A DNA stretch of 42,429 bases, taken from the NCBI GenBank assembly GCA_021790655.1, contig JAJYGR010000001.1:1-42429 (forward strand), read 5' to 3'. Numbering within the stretch: position 1 is the first letter of the stretch; each line of letters starts with the position of its first letter. Below, piece by piece: positions 33,683 to 41,956 of this stretch. The notes beneath the pieces are model-generated. The model saw nothing but the letters and a program-made list of their open reading frames with translations, did not search any database and was not told the origin of the DNA. Position numbers and translations under genes: made by a program. This stretch comes from Acidobacteriota bacterium (lineage in GTDB: Bacteria; Acidobacteriota; Terriglobia; Terriglobales; Acidobacteriaceae).

Positions 33683-34741
33683 TCAGTCCTGATCTGTGTC
33701 CTGCTCTGCCTGGATTTGGGAACGGAACTCTTCGGACAGGAGGGTCTGTGCGCCCTTGATGACGACGCGAGCACCTGGCCGAATCCCTTCTGTCTCAAAA
33801 AAACCATTCGCAACAGGGTCGGATGTCTGTACCGGCGTGCGCACGAACTTTCCGGGCAGATCTTCGACATAGCACCAGGCGCTTCCTTGCGACCACACCA
33901 CCGCCGTAGAGGGGATGACAATTCCGGTTTGCTCCGGTCCGGCAGGCAAAAACACACTCAGGTTGATCCCCGGAACCAGACCCGGATGGGCGCCAACTTC
34001 ATAAAGAAGACTTGGCACCTGCAGGCGCGGATCGAGTTGGGGAAGGACGGATATGAAGTTGGCGGTCGCATGGGCGCCATCGGCAAACTGCACCACCGCC
34101 TGCCTGGGTGCGGCAAAGGAACTGGCGCTTGTCCCCGTTACCTGGAGAAGAAATTTCCGCTGCATCAGCAGAGCATCCATTTGCGCTGAGTTTCCCTCGA
34201 TCCACCTGGCTACGACAGGCCCCCAATGAAGCAGGGTTGTGCCTTTCAAAACCGTGATCGCCTGCTGCGCATTCTGTACCAGGGCGGCATCGCTTTCGGC
34301 GGCCGCGCGCGCCGCTTCAACCGCCTTGTCCGAGGCGTTCTTGCCATCTTGGTTCAATTGACGGAGACGCTCATATTCTGCCGAGGATGCGCGCGCGTTC
34401 GCGCGTGCTCTCAATAGGTCCGTCGCGGGCGTGTTGTAGCTGGACTTCAAATCAAGAAGGGGTTGGATCTGTACAACAACGCCGGTTGCCGGGCTCTCTA
34501 TTTGTTGCTCGGTTGAACCCAGAGTGGTGGTGGTGATGCCGTTCGCCTTTTGCGACGCAGCATCGAAAGTAAGAACAGTGTGTCCGTTCTCCGATGTAAC
34601 ACGTGAGGGCGCTTGCACCGGGGCTTCGCTCTGCGCTTCCGCAGCTTGCTCCGAACGTCCCGCAAGGAAACCCCAGATCAGCCCACCCGCAATGGCGATG
34701 CTGATCAGGGAAAAGATGACGATACGAAGAATGGATTTCAT
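33683..34741 (-). CDS. RND efflux periplasmic adaptor (MFP) subunit
   Basis: There is an N-terminal TM/signal anchor, a coiled-coil hairpin (LLRARANARASSAEYERLRQL...AARAAAESDAALVQNAQQA), and beta-barrel/MP domains. The gene lies immediately upstream of the RND permease. Confidence 0.85.
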   Translation of the reverse strand: MKSILRIVIFSLISIAIAGGLIWGFLAGRSEQAAEAQSEAPVQAPSRVTSENGHTVLTFDAASQKANGITTTTLGSTEQQIESPATGVVVQIQPLLDLKSSYNTPATDLLRARANARASSAEYERLRQLNQDGKNASDKAVEAARAAAESDAALVQNAQQAITVLKGTTLLHWGPVVARWIEGNSAQMDALLMQRKFLLQVTGTSASSFAAPRQAVVQFADGAHATANFISVLPQLDPRLQVPSLLYEVGAHPGLVPGINLSVFLPAGPEQTGIVIPSTAVVWSQGSAWCYVEDLPGKFVRTPVQTSDPVANGFFETEGIRPGARVVIKGAQTLLSEEFRSQIQAEQDTDQD

Positions 34742-34768
34742 CGGTGACTCCCTTTCGGACTCCTGTTG

Positions 34769-36163
34769 CTACCGTGGCGCGATTCGTGGAAAGGCAGGCG
34801 TTGTTCCGGGATCAATAGGCCGCTGGAGTGCGTCCTCCAGCAAGCCGAGAGACAATTGCGCTTGATGCTGCGCGTCCAAACGGGAGCGCTCCGCAACTGC
34901 CGTTTGAACCTCAGCGGCGATTACCGTGAACTGCTCGGTTTCTCCCGACTGAAGCAGCCGGGTGGCTATCCGTTGCTGCTGCTCCAATTCGGAGACGGAA
35001 TGCCTGCTCTCCTGAAGCGTTGCGTAGATAGCGGCATATTGCGCCAACGCTTTGTCGCTATCGGAAATGACCGTACTTTGGATAGCGAGTAGCTGCGTGC
35101 CCGCTACCTTGCGCTGGGCCTCGGCTTCGGCAATCGGGCCTTCGTTGTGGTTTCGCAGCGGCAAGATGGACGACAAGCGGAGAGAAAGCAAGTGGTAGCC
35201 CTCTTCATAGGCGTAGCCCGGTCCGATGTTGATGTCTGGATACTGGAGGGCAGCTTGCAATTGCAGGTTGGATTGCGCCGCTTCATATTGTTCCAGCGCG
35301 CGCTGTACGTCGAGCCGGTTCAGCACGGCCGCCTCATGGATCGTCCGAGATGGAAGCGAGGCGAGGTCAGGCGGATGATCAAGTTCGCGCCAGATCAAGG
35401 TCTTCCCATCGAGGGCGGAATCAGGAATTCCAATCGCCGATGCGAGAGCGGCGTGAGTCGTATTCACCTGACCTTCCGCCGCGCGGAGCGCTTGGCGAAG
35501 ACTGGTCAGATCGATTCGTGCAGTGGTGACTTCAGGCAGCGCGATCTCGCCGGCGCGGAAGCGTGTTTCGATGATCTCCGCATACTTGCTTTGCAGCGAC
35601 TCTTGCGTCCGCAGCAGTCCGGCTGCCTTTTTCGCGAAGAGATAATCTACAAATGCCGAACGAACCCGGCTACGCACAACCCATGCTGTCTGGGCAAGTT
35701 GGATGCGGCTGGCCCGGCTCAAATGCGTGGCGCTCGCAATCCGGTAGCCGCGTTTTCCCGCCGTCTCTATGGGCAGAGAGAAATCGATTCCCATGATGAA
35801 GGGCGCTTCCGGCGCCGTCTCATAGCCAGGTCCGGCACTCACGGTGGGATTTGGTTTCATGGCGGCGGTTTGAATCGCCGCTTCTGCGGAAGCTACGTTC
35901 GCGCGAGCAACGTCCAGGTCCGGATTGAAATAAAACGCCGCCAGCGTCAACGAATCCAGGTCCCAGCCCTGGAGCGGCCATACGGATGTTTGGAAATCTG
36001 CATTCCGTTCCATCCATGACCGCAGATCGGGATCGTCGAGGCTGCGGCTATAAAGGCCCTGGGCCAAAGCTGCGGGTGAAACGGGAGCTGCGTGGTACTT
36101 GTAGGGAGCACAGCCCGCGAGAAACACTGCGGCGAGCAGCACCCATATTGCAATGGGTTTCAT
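34769..36163 (-). CDS. Outer-membrane efflux protein (TolC/NodT family lipoprotein)
   Basis: I chose the start at ATG 36163. The lipobox is VFLAGC. The duplicated OEP repeat pattern is present (LTLAAFYFNPDLDVARANVASAEAAIQTA... and ...LNRLDVQRALEQYEAAQSNLQLQ). Confidence 0.85.
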   Translation of the reverse strand: MKPIAIWVLLAAVFLAGCAPYKYHAAPVSPAALAQGLYSRSLDDPDLRSWMERNADFQTSVWPLQGWDLDSLTLAAFYFNPDLDVARANVASAEAAIQTAAMKPNPTVSAGPGYETAPEAPFIMGIDFSLPIETAGKRGYRIASATHLSRASRIQLAQTAWVVRSRVRSAFVDYLFAKKAAGLLRTQESLQSKYAEIIETRFRAGEIALPEVTTARIDLTSLRQALRAAEGQVNTTHAALASAIGIPDSALDGKTLIWRELDHPPDLASLPSRTIHEAAVLNRLDVQRALEQYEAAQSNLQLQAALQYPDINIGPGYAYEEGYHLLSLRLSSILPLRNHNEGPIAEAEAQRKVAGTQLLAIQSTVISDSDKALAQYAAIYATLQESRHSVSELEQQQRIATRLLQSGETEQFTVIAAEVQTAVAERSRLDAQHQAQLSLGLLEDALQRPIDPGTTPAFPRIAPR

Positions 36164-36247
36164 GGAAACTCCTGGGAGCCAAAGTTCGAGAGGAACGCAA
36201 GCAGGCGTACTGCTGCGCATGAACTGGAGACAGGAAGAGGGGAAGGA

Positions 36248-36595
36248 CTAGATACGGAGAGAGGTAACGCTTAAGGGCGGGGAGAAGAGAAGACGTTCGC
36301 GTTCAAATGCTTCGCGTTGGTGCATTGAGCTACGCGATAACCCCAGAAGGCCAAGTGGAAGCAGTTCGGATAAAGATAAATTTAAGCTGAACAAACGGCG
36401 AACCAATGCTGCGATGCCGAAACACAAGATCAGCATTGAAGTGAGCATCATCAGCAGGAATTCTGGATCGATCGCAAATGGCTTCGTGTCGTGGATATCG
36501 AAGGCTTCATATATCAGCGCTCCCACCATCACAGAAATCATGACGGCGACGGTGAACCCGATAATGCGCTTCCAAGACACATCGTAATCATACAT
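36248..36595 (-). CDS. Hypothetical small membrane protein (first gene of the efflux operon)
   Basis: The 115-aa product has two clear TM helices (IIGFTVAVMISVMVGALIY; LLMMLTSMLILCFGIAALV). No family was recognised. Confidence 0.45.
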   Translation of the reverse strand: MYDYDVSWKRIIGFTVAVMISVMVGALIYEAFDIHDTKPFAIDPEFLLMMLTSMLILCFGIAALVRRLFSLNLSLSELLPLGLLGLSRSSMHQREAFERERLLFSPPLSVTSLRI

Positions 36596-36693
36596 CAGCG
36601 CCCACAGCTCCTCAATTTCATAAGACCGGATCGCAACCGGCTATGCCCGTAAATCGGAACAATTCATAAGAGGCTTATGCTGTACGAGACGGT

Positions 36694-37338
36694 ATGTCTG
36701 GATTGTTTCCAACGCGCTCTCCGCTTCCTCATGCTCAGGTGTGTGCCCCTGAGCGCCGCCACGCCACTGCAATCTTCTGGCTTCAGGGGATAACGCTCGC
36801 ATGGATGCTGGTGGAGACTGCGGTCTCACTCTACGCCGCTGTAGAGGCTCACAGCCCGGCCATGCTGGCATTCGGTTCCGATAGCATTGTCGAGTTGTTC
36901 TCTGCAAGCGTGGTGCTCTTGCAGTTCGTACCGCAAATCTCGATTTCGGAACGGATTGCTGGCCGCACTGCCGGGGCGCTTCTCTTTCTTCTTGCACTGG
37001 TCGTATTGCTGATGGCGGCTCTATCGCTGGCGCTGCATCTACGACCTGAGACAAGTCGTGCGGGAATCGGAATCACCGTCGCCGCCATCATCGCTATGCC
37101 AATCCTTGCAGGACTAAAGCGCCGGGAAGCGCGGCGTAGAAACAATCCTGCCTTGGCAGCGGATGCGACCCAATCCGCTACGTGTGCATATCTGGCCTTC
37201 ATCACCTTGGTTGGACTATCGTTAAACGCCATCTTCCATATCGGATGGTTTGATTCCATCGCCGCATTGGTCGCCCTCCCACTCCTCCTAAAAGAGGGCC
37301 AAGCATCTTGGCAGGGAAACCCCTGCGGTTGTTGCTAA
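36694..37338 (+). CDS. Short cation-efflux (CDF-like) membrane protein lacking the cytoplasmic C-terminal domain
   Basis: The sequence LQGITLAWMLVETAVSLYAAVEAHSPAMLAFGSDSIVELFSASVVLLQF resembles TM1-TM2 of cation diffusion facilitators. The 214-aa product ends in ...WQGNPCGCC. Confidence 0.6.
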   Translation: MSGLFPTRSPLPHAQVCAPERRHATAIFWLQGITLAWMLVETAVSLYAAVEAHSPAMLAFGSDSIVELFSASVVLLQFVPQISISERIAGRTAGALLFLLALVVLLMAALSLALHLRPETSRAGIGITVAAIIAMPILAGLKRREARRRNNPALAADATQSATCAYLAFITLVGLSLNAIFHIGWFDSIAALVALPLLLKEGQASWQGNPCGCC

Positions 37339-37383
37339 TGACATCTTCGCTCTGAACTGACTCGGTCCTCATACACAACAAAA

Positions 37384-37416
37384 AGAGCGCGGTAAGCGCT
37401 CCGCGCGCCCTTTTTC
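37384..37416 (+). terminator. Rho-independent terminator candidate downstream of the CDF-like gene
   Basis: The sequence is aaaaGAGCGCGGtaagcgctCCGCGCgcccTTTTT. It has a GC-rich stem (37387-37392 pairing with 37401-37406), an 8-nt loop and a T5 run at 37411-37415. An A-run on the 5' side makes it potentially bidirectional. Confidence 0.55.
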
Positions 37417-37660
37417 CACTTCGCGCCGCTCCGGTGGCGCCCCAGCGCATAAAGCCACGCTGAACGGGCCTTTCTGAGTCTGTTCGGGCCAGCACGTCTG
37501 CGTGCCAAACTATCGTACGTGTTTGGCACTTGCCGCGCCCACCCTCCATCCTCCCACCTCCGCTGCCCTCGTTCTGCCTTGGTGTCCGTTTGTCCGGGTT
37601 TGTCCGCTGCGCTTTGTGAAGGACAAACCACTCCCAAACGAAACACCAAGGAGAAAAACA

Positions 37661-37819
37661 ATGTTATCAACCAACAACAACCGCAGCAGCAACAGCAACG
37701 GCACGCCGCGCAATGAAAACGCGACGCAGAAACTTATCCGCGAAAACGTGGACTTCCTCATCGAGCAGCTTGAGGCGGGACAGAGTGACGCACTATCTTC
37801 GCCCGCCCGACAGTCCTGA
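37661..37819 (+). other. Short ORF (52 aa), possibly an N-terminal remnant of a plasmid/ICE ArdC-like gene
   Basis: An AAGGAG RBS precedes ATG 37661. The product is MLSTNNNRSSNSNGTPRNENATQKLIRENVDFLIEQLEAGQSDALSS.... The xxVxxxIIxxLEAG pattern recalls N-termini of ArdC/antirestriction-type ssDNA-binding proteins. The ORF stops after 52 codons. Confidence 0.3.
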
Positions 37820-37859
37820 CCCGACAGAATAAACATTCTGAAGTTTCCTCATTTCCCGC

Positions 37860-37891
37860 TTGACTCTATACCTAAGTACAGGGTTTACCGT
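37860..37891 (+). promoter_or_regulatory. MerR-type promoter/operator (long spacer with merO-like dyad)
   Basis: The sequence is TTGACT (37860-37865), then ctatacctaagtacagggt (19 nt), then TTACCG. The spacer holds the dyad CTATAC-ctaa-GTACAG, compared with the Tn501 merO CCGTAC-atga-GTACGG. The merR-like ATG at 37898 follows within about 7 nt. Confidence 0.55.
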
Positions 37892-37897
37892 GGATTC

Positions 37898-38308
37898 ATG
37901 AACAGCTTGAGCATCAGCCAAGTGGCGAAGCGTGGAGGCGTCAACATTCAGACGATTCGATACTACGAGCGTCAGGGACTTCTCGCGCCCACGTCGCGTA
38001 CAGAAGCCGGTTATCGCATCTTTTCCGCCGAATCGGTGCGGCGGATTCGTTTCATCAAGCGGGCCCAGGAGCTGGGCTTTTCGTTGAAAGAGATTGAGGA
38101 TCTGCTTTCCTTGCGCATCGACGCGCATACGACACAGGCCGACATTCGCAACCGGACGCAGGCAAAGATTGCCGATGTGGAGCAGAAGATTCTGCATCTC
38201 CAAGCCATCCATGCAAGCCTTTTGCGGATGGCGGAAAATTGCTCCGGTTGCGGTTCTTTGAAGGATTGCCCCATTCTCGAAAGCCTGGATAAAGAGGAAT
38301 TCTCATGA
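37898..38308 (+). CDS. MerR-family metal-responsive transcriptional regulator
   Basis: The HTH is LSISQVAKRGGVNIQTIRYYERQGLL. There is a dimerisation coiled coil and a C-terminal Cys cluster, ENCSGCGSLKDCPILESL (C115, C118, C124). Confidence 0.88.
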   Translation: MNSLSISQVAKRGGVNIQTIRYYERQGLLAPTSRTEAGYRIFSAESVRRIRFIKRAQELGFSLKEIEDLLSLRIDAHTTQADIRNRTQAKIADVEQKILHLQAIHASLLRMAENCSGCGSLKDCPILESLDKEEFS

Positions 38309-38736
38309 CCAACCGCACCTGGAAACAGAACCTGCTTGCTGCGCCTGGCATCGGACTCTCGCTGCTGCCGAAAATTGCCTGTCCAGCATGCTGGCCCGCT
38401 TACGCGGGACTACTGTCCTCCATCGGACTTGGCTTCCTGATTCCAAATGCCAAATATCTCCTTCCGCTGACTGCGGCGTTCCTGGTGCTAGCAGTGGGGA
38501 TGCTTGCGTTTCGCGCACGCCGACGGCATGGATATGTGCCGTTTGCTCTGGGAACTCTTGCAGCCAGTTTGATTTTGCTCGGAAAGTTTTCTCTAGCTTC
38601 CAATCCTGTTCTGTATGCCGGATTGGCACTGCTCATCCTGGCCTCTGTTTGGAACAGTTGGCCCATAGTTTCCCGTTGTATCTGCGTCCCGGCAACGGAA
38701 AAGTTCCACCCATCCGGGGCGCTCAAGGAGAAATAA
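38305..38736 (+). CDS. merC: MerC-family mercuric-ion transporter-like membrane protein
   Basis: IACPACWPAYAGLLSSIGLGFL...LLPLTAAFLVLAV...YAGLALLILASVWNSW parallels Tn21 MerC (GCAACFPALASFGAAIGLGFL...LLPLFAAL...YVGLALMIGVSIWDF). There is an ATGA overlap with the MerR gene. Confidence 0.75.
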   Translation: MTNRTWKQNLLAAPGIGLSLLPKIACPACWPAYAGLLSSIGLGFLIPNAKYLLPLTAAFLVLAVGMLAFRARRRHGYVPFALGTLAASLILLGKFSLASNPVLYAGLALLILASVWNSWPIVSRCICVPATEKFHPSGALKEK

Positions 38737-38737
38737 A

Positions 38738-39007
38738 ATGACCGCCAAAAAAAGAAACGTGGAAGTCTTCAGTGCAGGGTGCGGGGTGTGCGATGAAACC
38801 GTTGCGCTCGTGCAGAGCTTGGCCTGTGGATCATGCGACGTTGTTGTCCATGACATGCACCAACCCGAAGTAGCAGCAAAAGCCAAACGATATGGCGTGC
38901 ATAGCGTGCCTGCTGTCGTCGTAGATGGCAAGCTGGCCGATTGCTGCGCTGGCCACGGACCGGAAGAACATGTGTTGCGTGCTGCTGGAACCGGCGTTCA
39001 ACTCTGA
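38738..39007 (+). CDS. Small thioredoxin-fold protein (Thioredoxin_3/glutaredoxin-like) with CxxC
   Basis: VEVFSAGCGVCDETVALV...YGVHSVPAVVVDGKL matches the compact thioredoxin-like family. Additional Cys are present (ACGSC, DCC). Confidence 0.7.
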   Translation: MTAKKRNVEVFSAGCGVCDETVALVQSLACGSCDVVVHDMHQPEVAAKAKRYGVHSVPAVVVDGKLADCCAGHGPEEHVLRAAGTGVQL

Positions 39008-39166
39008 ACCGCATTGCCAATGAGTCGGCGTGGCGTTTACAGACAACCCGTACACCGCGCCCGCCTCATGGCGAGCGAGATCCTTCCTCAACGGTCGATG
39101 ACGTCTGCCGTTCTGACTCAATCCAGAGCTGTCATTCGTCACTCGTTTACGCCGGAGTTCTTCTCC

Positions 39167-40396
39167 ATGCCCGATCAGGCCAGCCATCCTGTGTCGATTT
39201 CTCCCGCTCAGCACGAAGGGTTAATCCAGGCGCTCGCCGCCGCAACGTTCTTGATTTTCTTTCAAGCCTATATGGTGGCCCCGCTCATCCCCCGTTTGTC
39301 CCATACATTTCGCGTGTCCGAGCAGTTGATCGGACTGATGGTACCGGCCTACATGATTCCGTATGGCTTATCCACCTTGTTCTATGGACTGCTTTCCGAC
39401 CGGCTGGGCCGACGTCGCATTATGCTCGGATCGCTGGCTGCGTTCATCGTTCTTACCCTCATCACAGCGACAGCGCGCTCCGCTCCACAAATTCTCTGGT
39501 GGAGGCTCTTGACGGGATTGGGCGCGAGCGGGGTAGTTCCATTGGCGCTGGCGCTTATCGGGGATTTGTTTCCCTACGAGCAGCGCGGACGGCCTCTGGG
39601 CTGGCTCTTTGGAGCCATGGCAGGCGGAATGGCATTTGGTTCCAGTTTTGGAGTCATACTGACTCCGTACATTGGCTGGCGCATGCTTTTTGTCGGTGTG
39701 GCATCTGCAACCGCGGTCGTGTTCGGGTTGCTGCTCAAGTACAGTGTCCTCCTGGGCAGACAAACTTTCGCATCGGGCCTCTCTGTAGCCGGTGTGCTAA
39801 GGGGATATCGCAGCCTCCTCGACAACGCGCGCGGAGCCCGCACCTACGGCTATGTCCTGCTGAACAGTCTGTTTCACTCCGGCGTTTACACCGGGCTCGG
39901 CGTCTTCTTCTCCCAGCGGTATCACCTTGGAGAAATTGGCATCGGTCTCGCTCTTCTGGGCGACGGGGTTCCGGGATTCCTTTTGGGGCCGGTGATTGGC
40001 CGCTGGGCAGACCGCTGGGGACGCCGCTGGCTCATACCGCTGGGGCTGGTAACTGCCGCACTCTCGGTTGCCGCTCTGATCTTCGATCTACCACTCTTGG
40101 CGGCGGGACTCGCTGTAACACTGCTATCCCTTGGCTATGACATGACGCAACCACTGCTAGCCGGAATCGTGACGCAGTTGGGAGGCAAGCGGGCCGGACA
40201 GGCGATGGGGCTGAACGTCTTCATCCTCTTTACAGGATTCGGCGTCGGCAGCATGGTGTTCGGTGCGGTGTTTCCGCTCGGCTTTGGAGCGGCTTTTGCT
40301 ATTTTCAGTGCCATTCAAATGTTGTTCGGTCTGGCCGCCCTTTTCCTGTTTCGCGGTGAAATGGCAAAAAGCGAAAAGTCTCAGCAGCTTCCGTAG
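39167..40396 (+). CDS. MFS transporter
   Basis: I chose the start at ATG 39167, giving 410 aa. There are twelve TM segments and the MFS motif A region is GLLSDRLGRRRIMLGS. Confidence 0.85.
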   Translation: MPDQASHPVSISPAQHEGLIQALAAATFLIFFQAYMVAPLIPRLSHTFRVSEQLIGLMVPAYMIPYGLSTLFYGLLSDRLGRRRIMLGSLAAFIVLTLITATARSAPQILWWRLLTGLGASGVVPLALALIGDLFPYEQRGRPLGWLFGAMAGGMAFGSSFGVILTPYIGWRMLFVGVASATAVVFGLLLKYSVLLGRQTFASGLSVAGVLRGYRSLLDNARGARTYGYVLLNSLFHSGVYTGLGVFFSQRYHLGEIGIGLALLGDGVPGFLLGPVIGRWADRWGRRWLIPLGLVTAALSVAALIFDLPLLAAGLAVTLLSLGYDMTQPLLAGIVTQLGGKRAGQAMGLNVFILFTGFGVGSMVFGAVFPLGFGAAFAIFSAIQMLFGLAALFLFRGEMAKSEKSQQLP

Positions 40397-40549
40397 TCTC
40401 CCAGGAATAGCTAAGCAGAGCGTGAATCGACTGCAAGGTGCCTGATCGGGCTTGACGATTCGGCCACCATTTTCTCTGTGCAGTGACTAGCAGCGCCGTT
40501 TGAACCAGAACCAGCGATTCCAGCAATACTTGGCAGGACTCACCGAGAG

Positions 40550-41242
40550 TCAGTGCATGTGGTGCCCCAAATGACCGCCGAGAAGATGTCGAAGGGTCAT
40601 CAGAAGTACAAAGGCGAGGATTCCAAACACATATATCCAACGTGATGTATCGACGGTCGATCCTTCGGCAAGCTCGACGCCCTGCTCGCACAGTTTGCGC
40701 CGTCCATACCGCGTCAGTCCCCAGGGTTTATATACCGACAACGTCGTGACCACGAGCAGCACCATCAAACCGCCAGCGGAATGGATCAGGAGTTCTCTCC
40801 CCGCCGCGTTGAGATCGGTACTGGACAATGCAAGCGCTGCGGCTTGGCGGGCAGCGTAACCAATCAAAGGTGTCTTCAGCAACAACACGACGGTGGCAAA
40901 CAGGGTGAGCAGAAGTTTCACCAATATCCAATAATGCCGGAACAATCCCCACGGGGTACCGAGTGCCTGGATGATGCCGGTCAGCAGCGAAGCGAAGGCC
41001 AACGGAACGATAATGAATCGAGCGATGAGCGCCATTGAGAGATAGGCGGCACGCACCATCTGAGCGTCCTTGCCGTTCAGGGCGGTGATCGCGAGCGCGA
41101 GAAATCCTGCAACCGCACCAAGCCAGCCGACCGAGGAGGTGATATGCGCGGTGAGAATCAACTTGCGGAAGCCGGGCTTCATCACCGGACTCTTCCTTCC
41201 AGCTTTCCCGAGTGCCTTGTCTGGGATCGCAGCCGTATTCAT
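40550..41242 (-). CDS. Hypothetical polytopic membrane protein with His-rich C-terminus
   Basis: I chose the start at ATG 41242; an alternative ATG is at 41182. There are about 5 TM helices and the tail is HLLGGHLGHHMH. The gene lies 46 nt downstream of the MarR gene on the same strand. Confidence 0.55.
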   Translation of the reverse strand: MNTAAIPDKALGKAGRKSPVMKPGFRKLILTAHITSSVGWLGAVAGFLALAITALNGKDAQMVRAAYLSMALIARFIIVPLAFASLLTGIIQALGTPWGLFRHYWILVKLLLTLFATVVLLLKTPLIGYAARQAAALALSSTDLNAAGRELLIHSAGGLMVLLVVTTLSVYKPWGLTRYGRRKLCEQGVELAEGSTVDTSRWIYVFGILAFVLLMTLRHLLGGHLGHHMH

Positions 41243-41288
41243 TGTCAAAGTGCCCCTGTGGTGTAGTTTCTCGTCAGCAGCCGTCTCT

Positions 41289-41909
41289 TCAAGCATGTGG
41301 GTCTGGCCTCTTGCTAAGAAATCGCCGTCCGTTCCTCGTCTGTTTCTTCGATTTACTCCTATCTGATAACGATTCCTTGTCCGTGTTGCTGCTACCGTTA
41401 TAGGCTGGGGCCAATGTATCCTGAGCACGCAACAAGGCAGCATGGCGGTAGGCAAATTCCGTGCTCTGCGCCAGGAACTTGGCGATGGTGGTCAATTCGT
41501 GTTTATCGAGACCTTCCAGCAGCGTGGCCACGTCTTTTCGTATCGGGGCAAATACGTTGTGGATCTCTCGCGCCCGCTCCATGTCTGGGTAAAGGAGTTG
41601 CCGACGCTGGTCTTGCGGGTCCGGTTCACGACGCAGAAATCCCGCTCGCTCCAGTCGTGCGACCACACCGGTCATTGCGCCCGTGGTCAGTCCAGTGATC
41701 GCGGCCAGTTTGCTGGCGGTGATCGTCTCTCCGGCGGCGATACCCCCGCGTTCACGCAGCAAGTCGAGACATTTATGGTCCGTTGGGCCCAGCCCCAAAC
41801 GTTCAGCGACAGCCTGATGAAACAGCACCACCGCAGTGCTGTGCCGACCCGCCAGCCGCCCGACAATCTCTTCGATCAATTCCTGATCGCGTTTGTTTAC
41901 GGTTTTCAT
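41289..41909 (-). CDS. MarR-family transcriptional regulator
   Basis: The winged HTH is ITASKLAAITGLTTGAMTGVVARLERAGFLRREPDPQDQRRQLL. An unusual extended basic C-terminal tail follows. Confidence 0.85.
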   Translation of the reverse strand: MKTVNKRDQELIEEIVGRLAGRHSTAVVLFHQAVAERLGLGPTDHKCLDLLRERGGIAAGETITASKLAAITGLTTGAMTGVVARLERAGFLRREPDPQDQRRQLLYPDMERAREIHNVFAPIRKDVATLLEGLDKHELTTIAKFLAQSTEFAYRHAALLRAQDTLAPAYNGSSNTDKESLSDRSKSKKQTRNGRRFLSKRPDPHA

Positions 41910-41933
41910 TTCACCAGTCCACGTTCACTCATA

Positions 41934-41956
41934 ATATAACTTACTTCATAAGCTAT
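41934..41956. promoter_or_regulatory. Candidate MarR operator (9-bp inverted repeat)
   Basis: The sequence is TATAACTTA-cttca-TAAGCTATA, with 8 of 9 arm positions complementary. It lies 25 nt upstream of the MarR start codon. Confidence 0.45.

Noticed and set aside
30791-34189. Plus-strand ORFs of 377 and 408 aa (30791-31924 and 32963-34189) antisense to the RND and MFP genes.
   Set aside because: They show no recognisable motifs and have a high Arg/Gly/His content. They lie fully inside well-supported minus-strand genes.
37521-37536. TGGCACttgccgcGCc, embedded in the right arm of the 9-bp inverted repeat, as a possible sigma54 promoter for the short ArdC-like ORF.
   Set aside because: Only the GG and GC dinucleotides fit, and the -12 TTGC is missing. 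The sequence is better explained as half of the inverted repeat.
38941-40140. A 399-aa plus-strand ORF overlapping the MFS transporter gene in another frame.
   Set aside because: The Arg/Ser/Cys-rich sequence has no TM pattern. The competing frame (39167-40396) has twelve TM segments and the MFS motif A.
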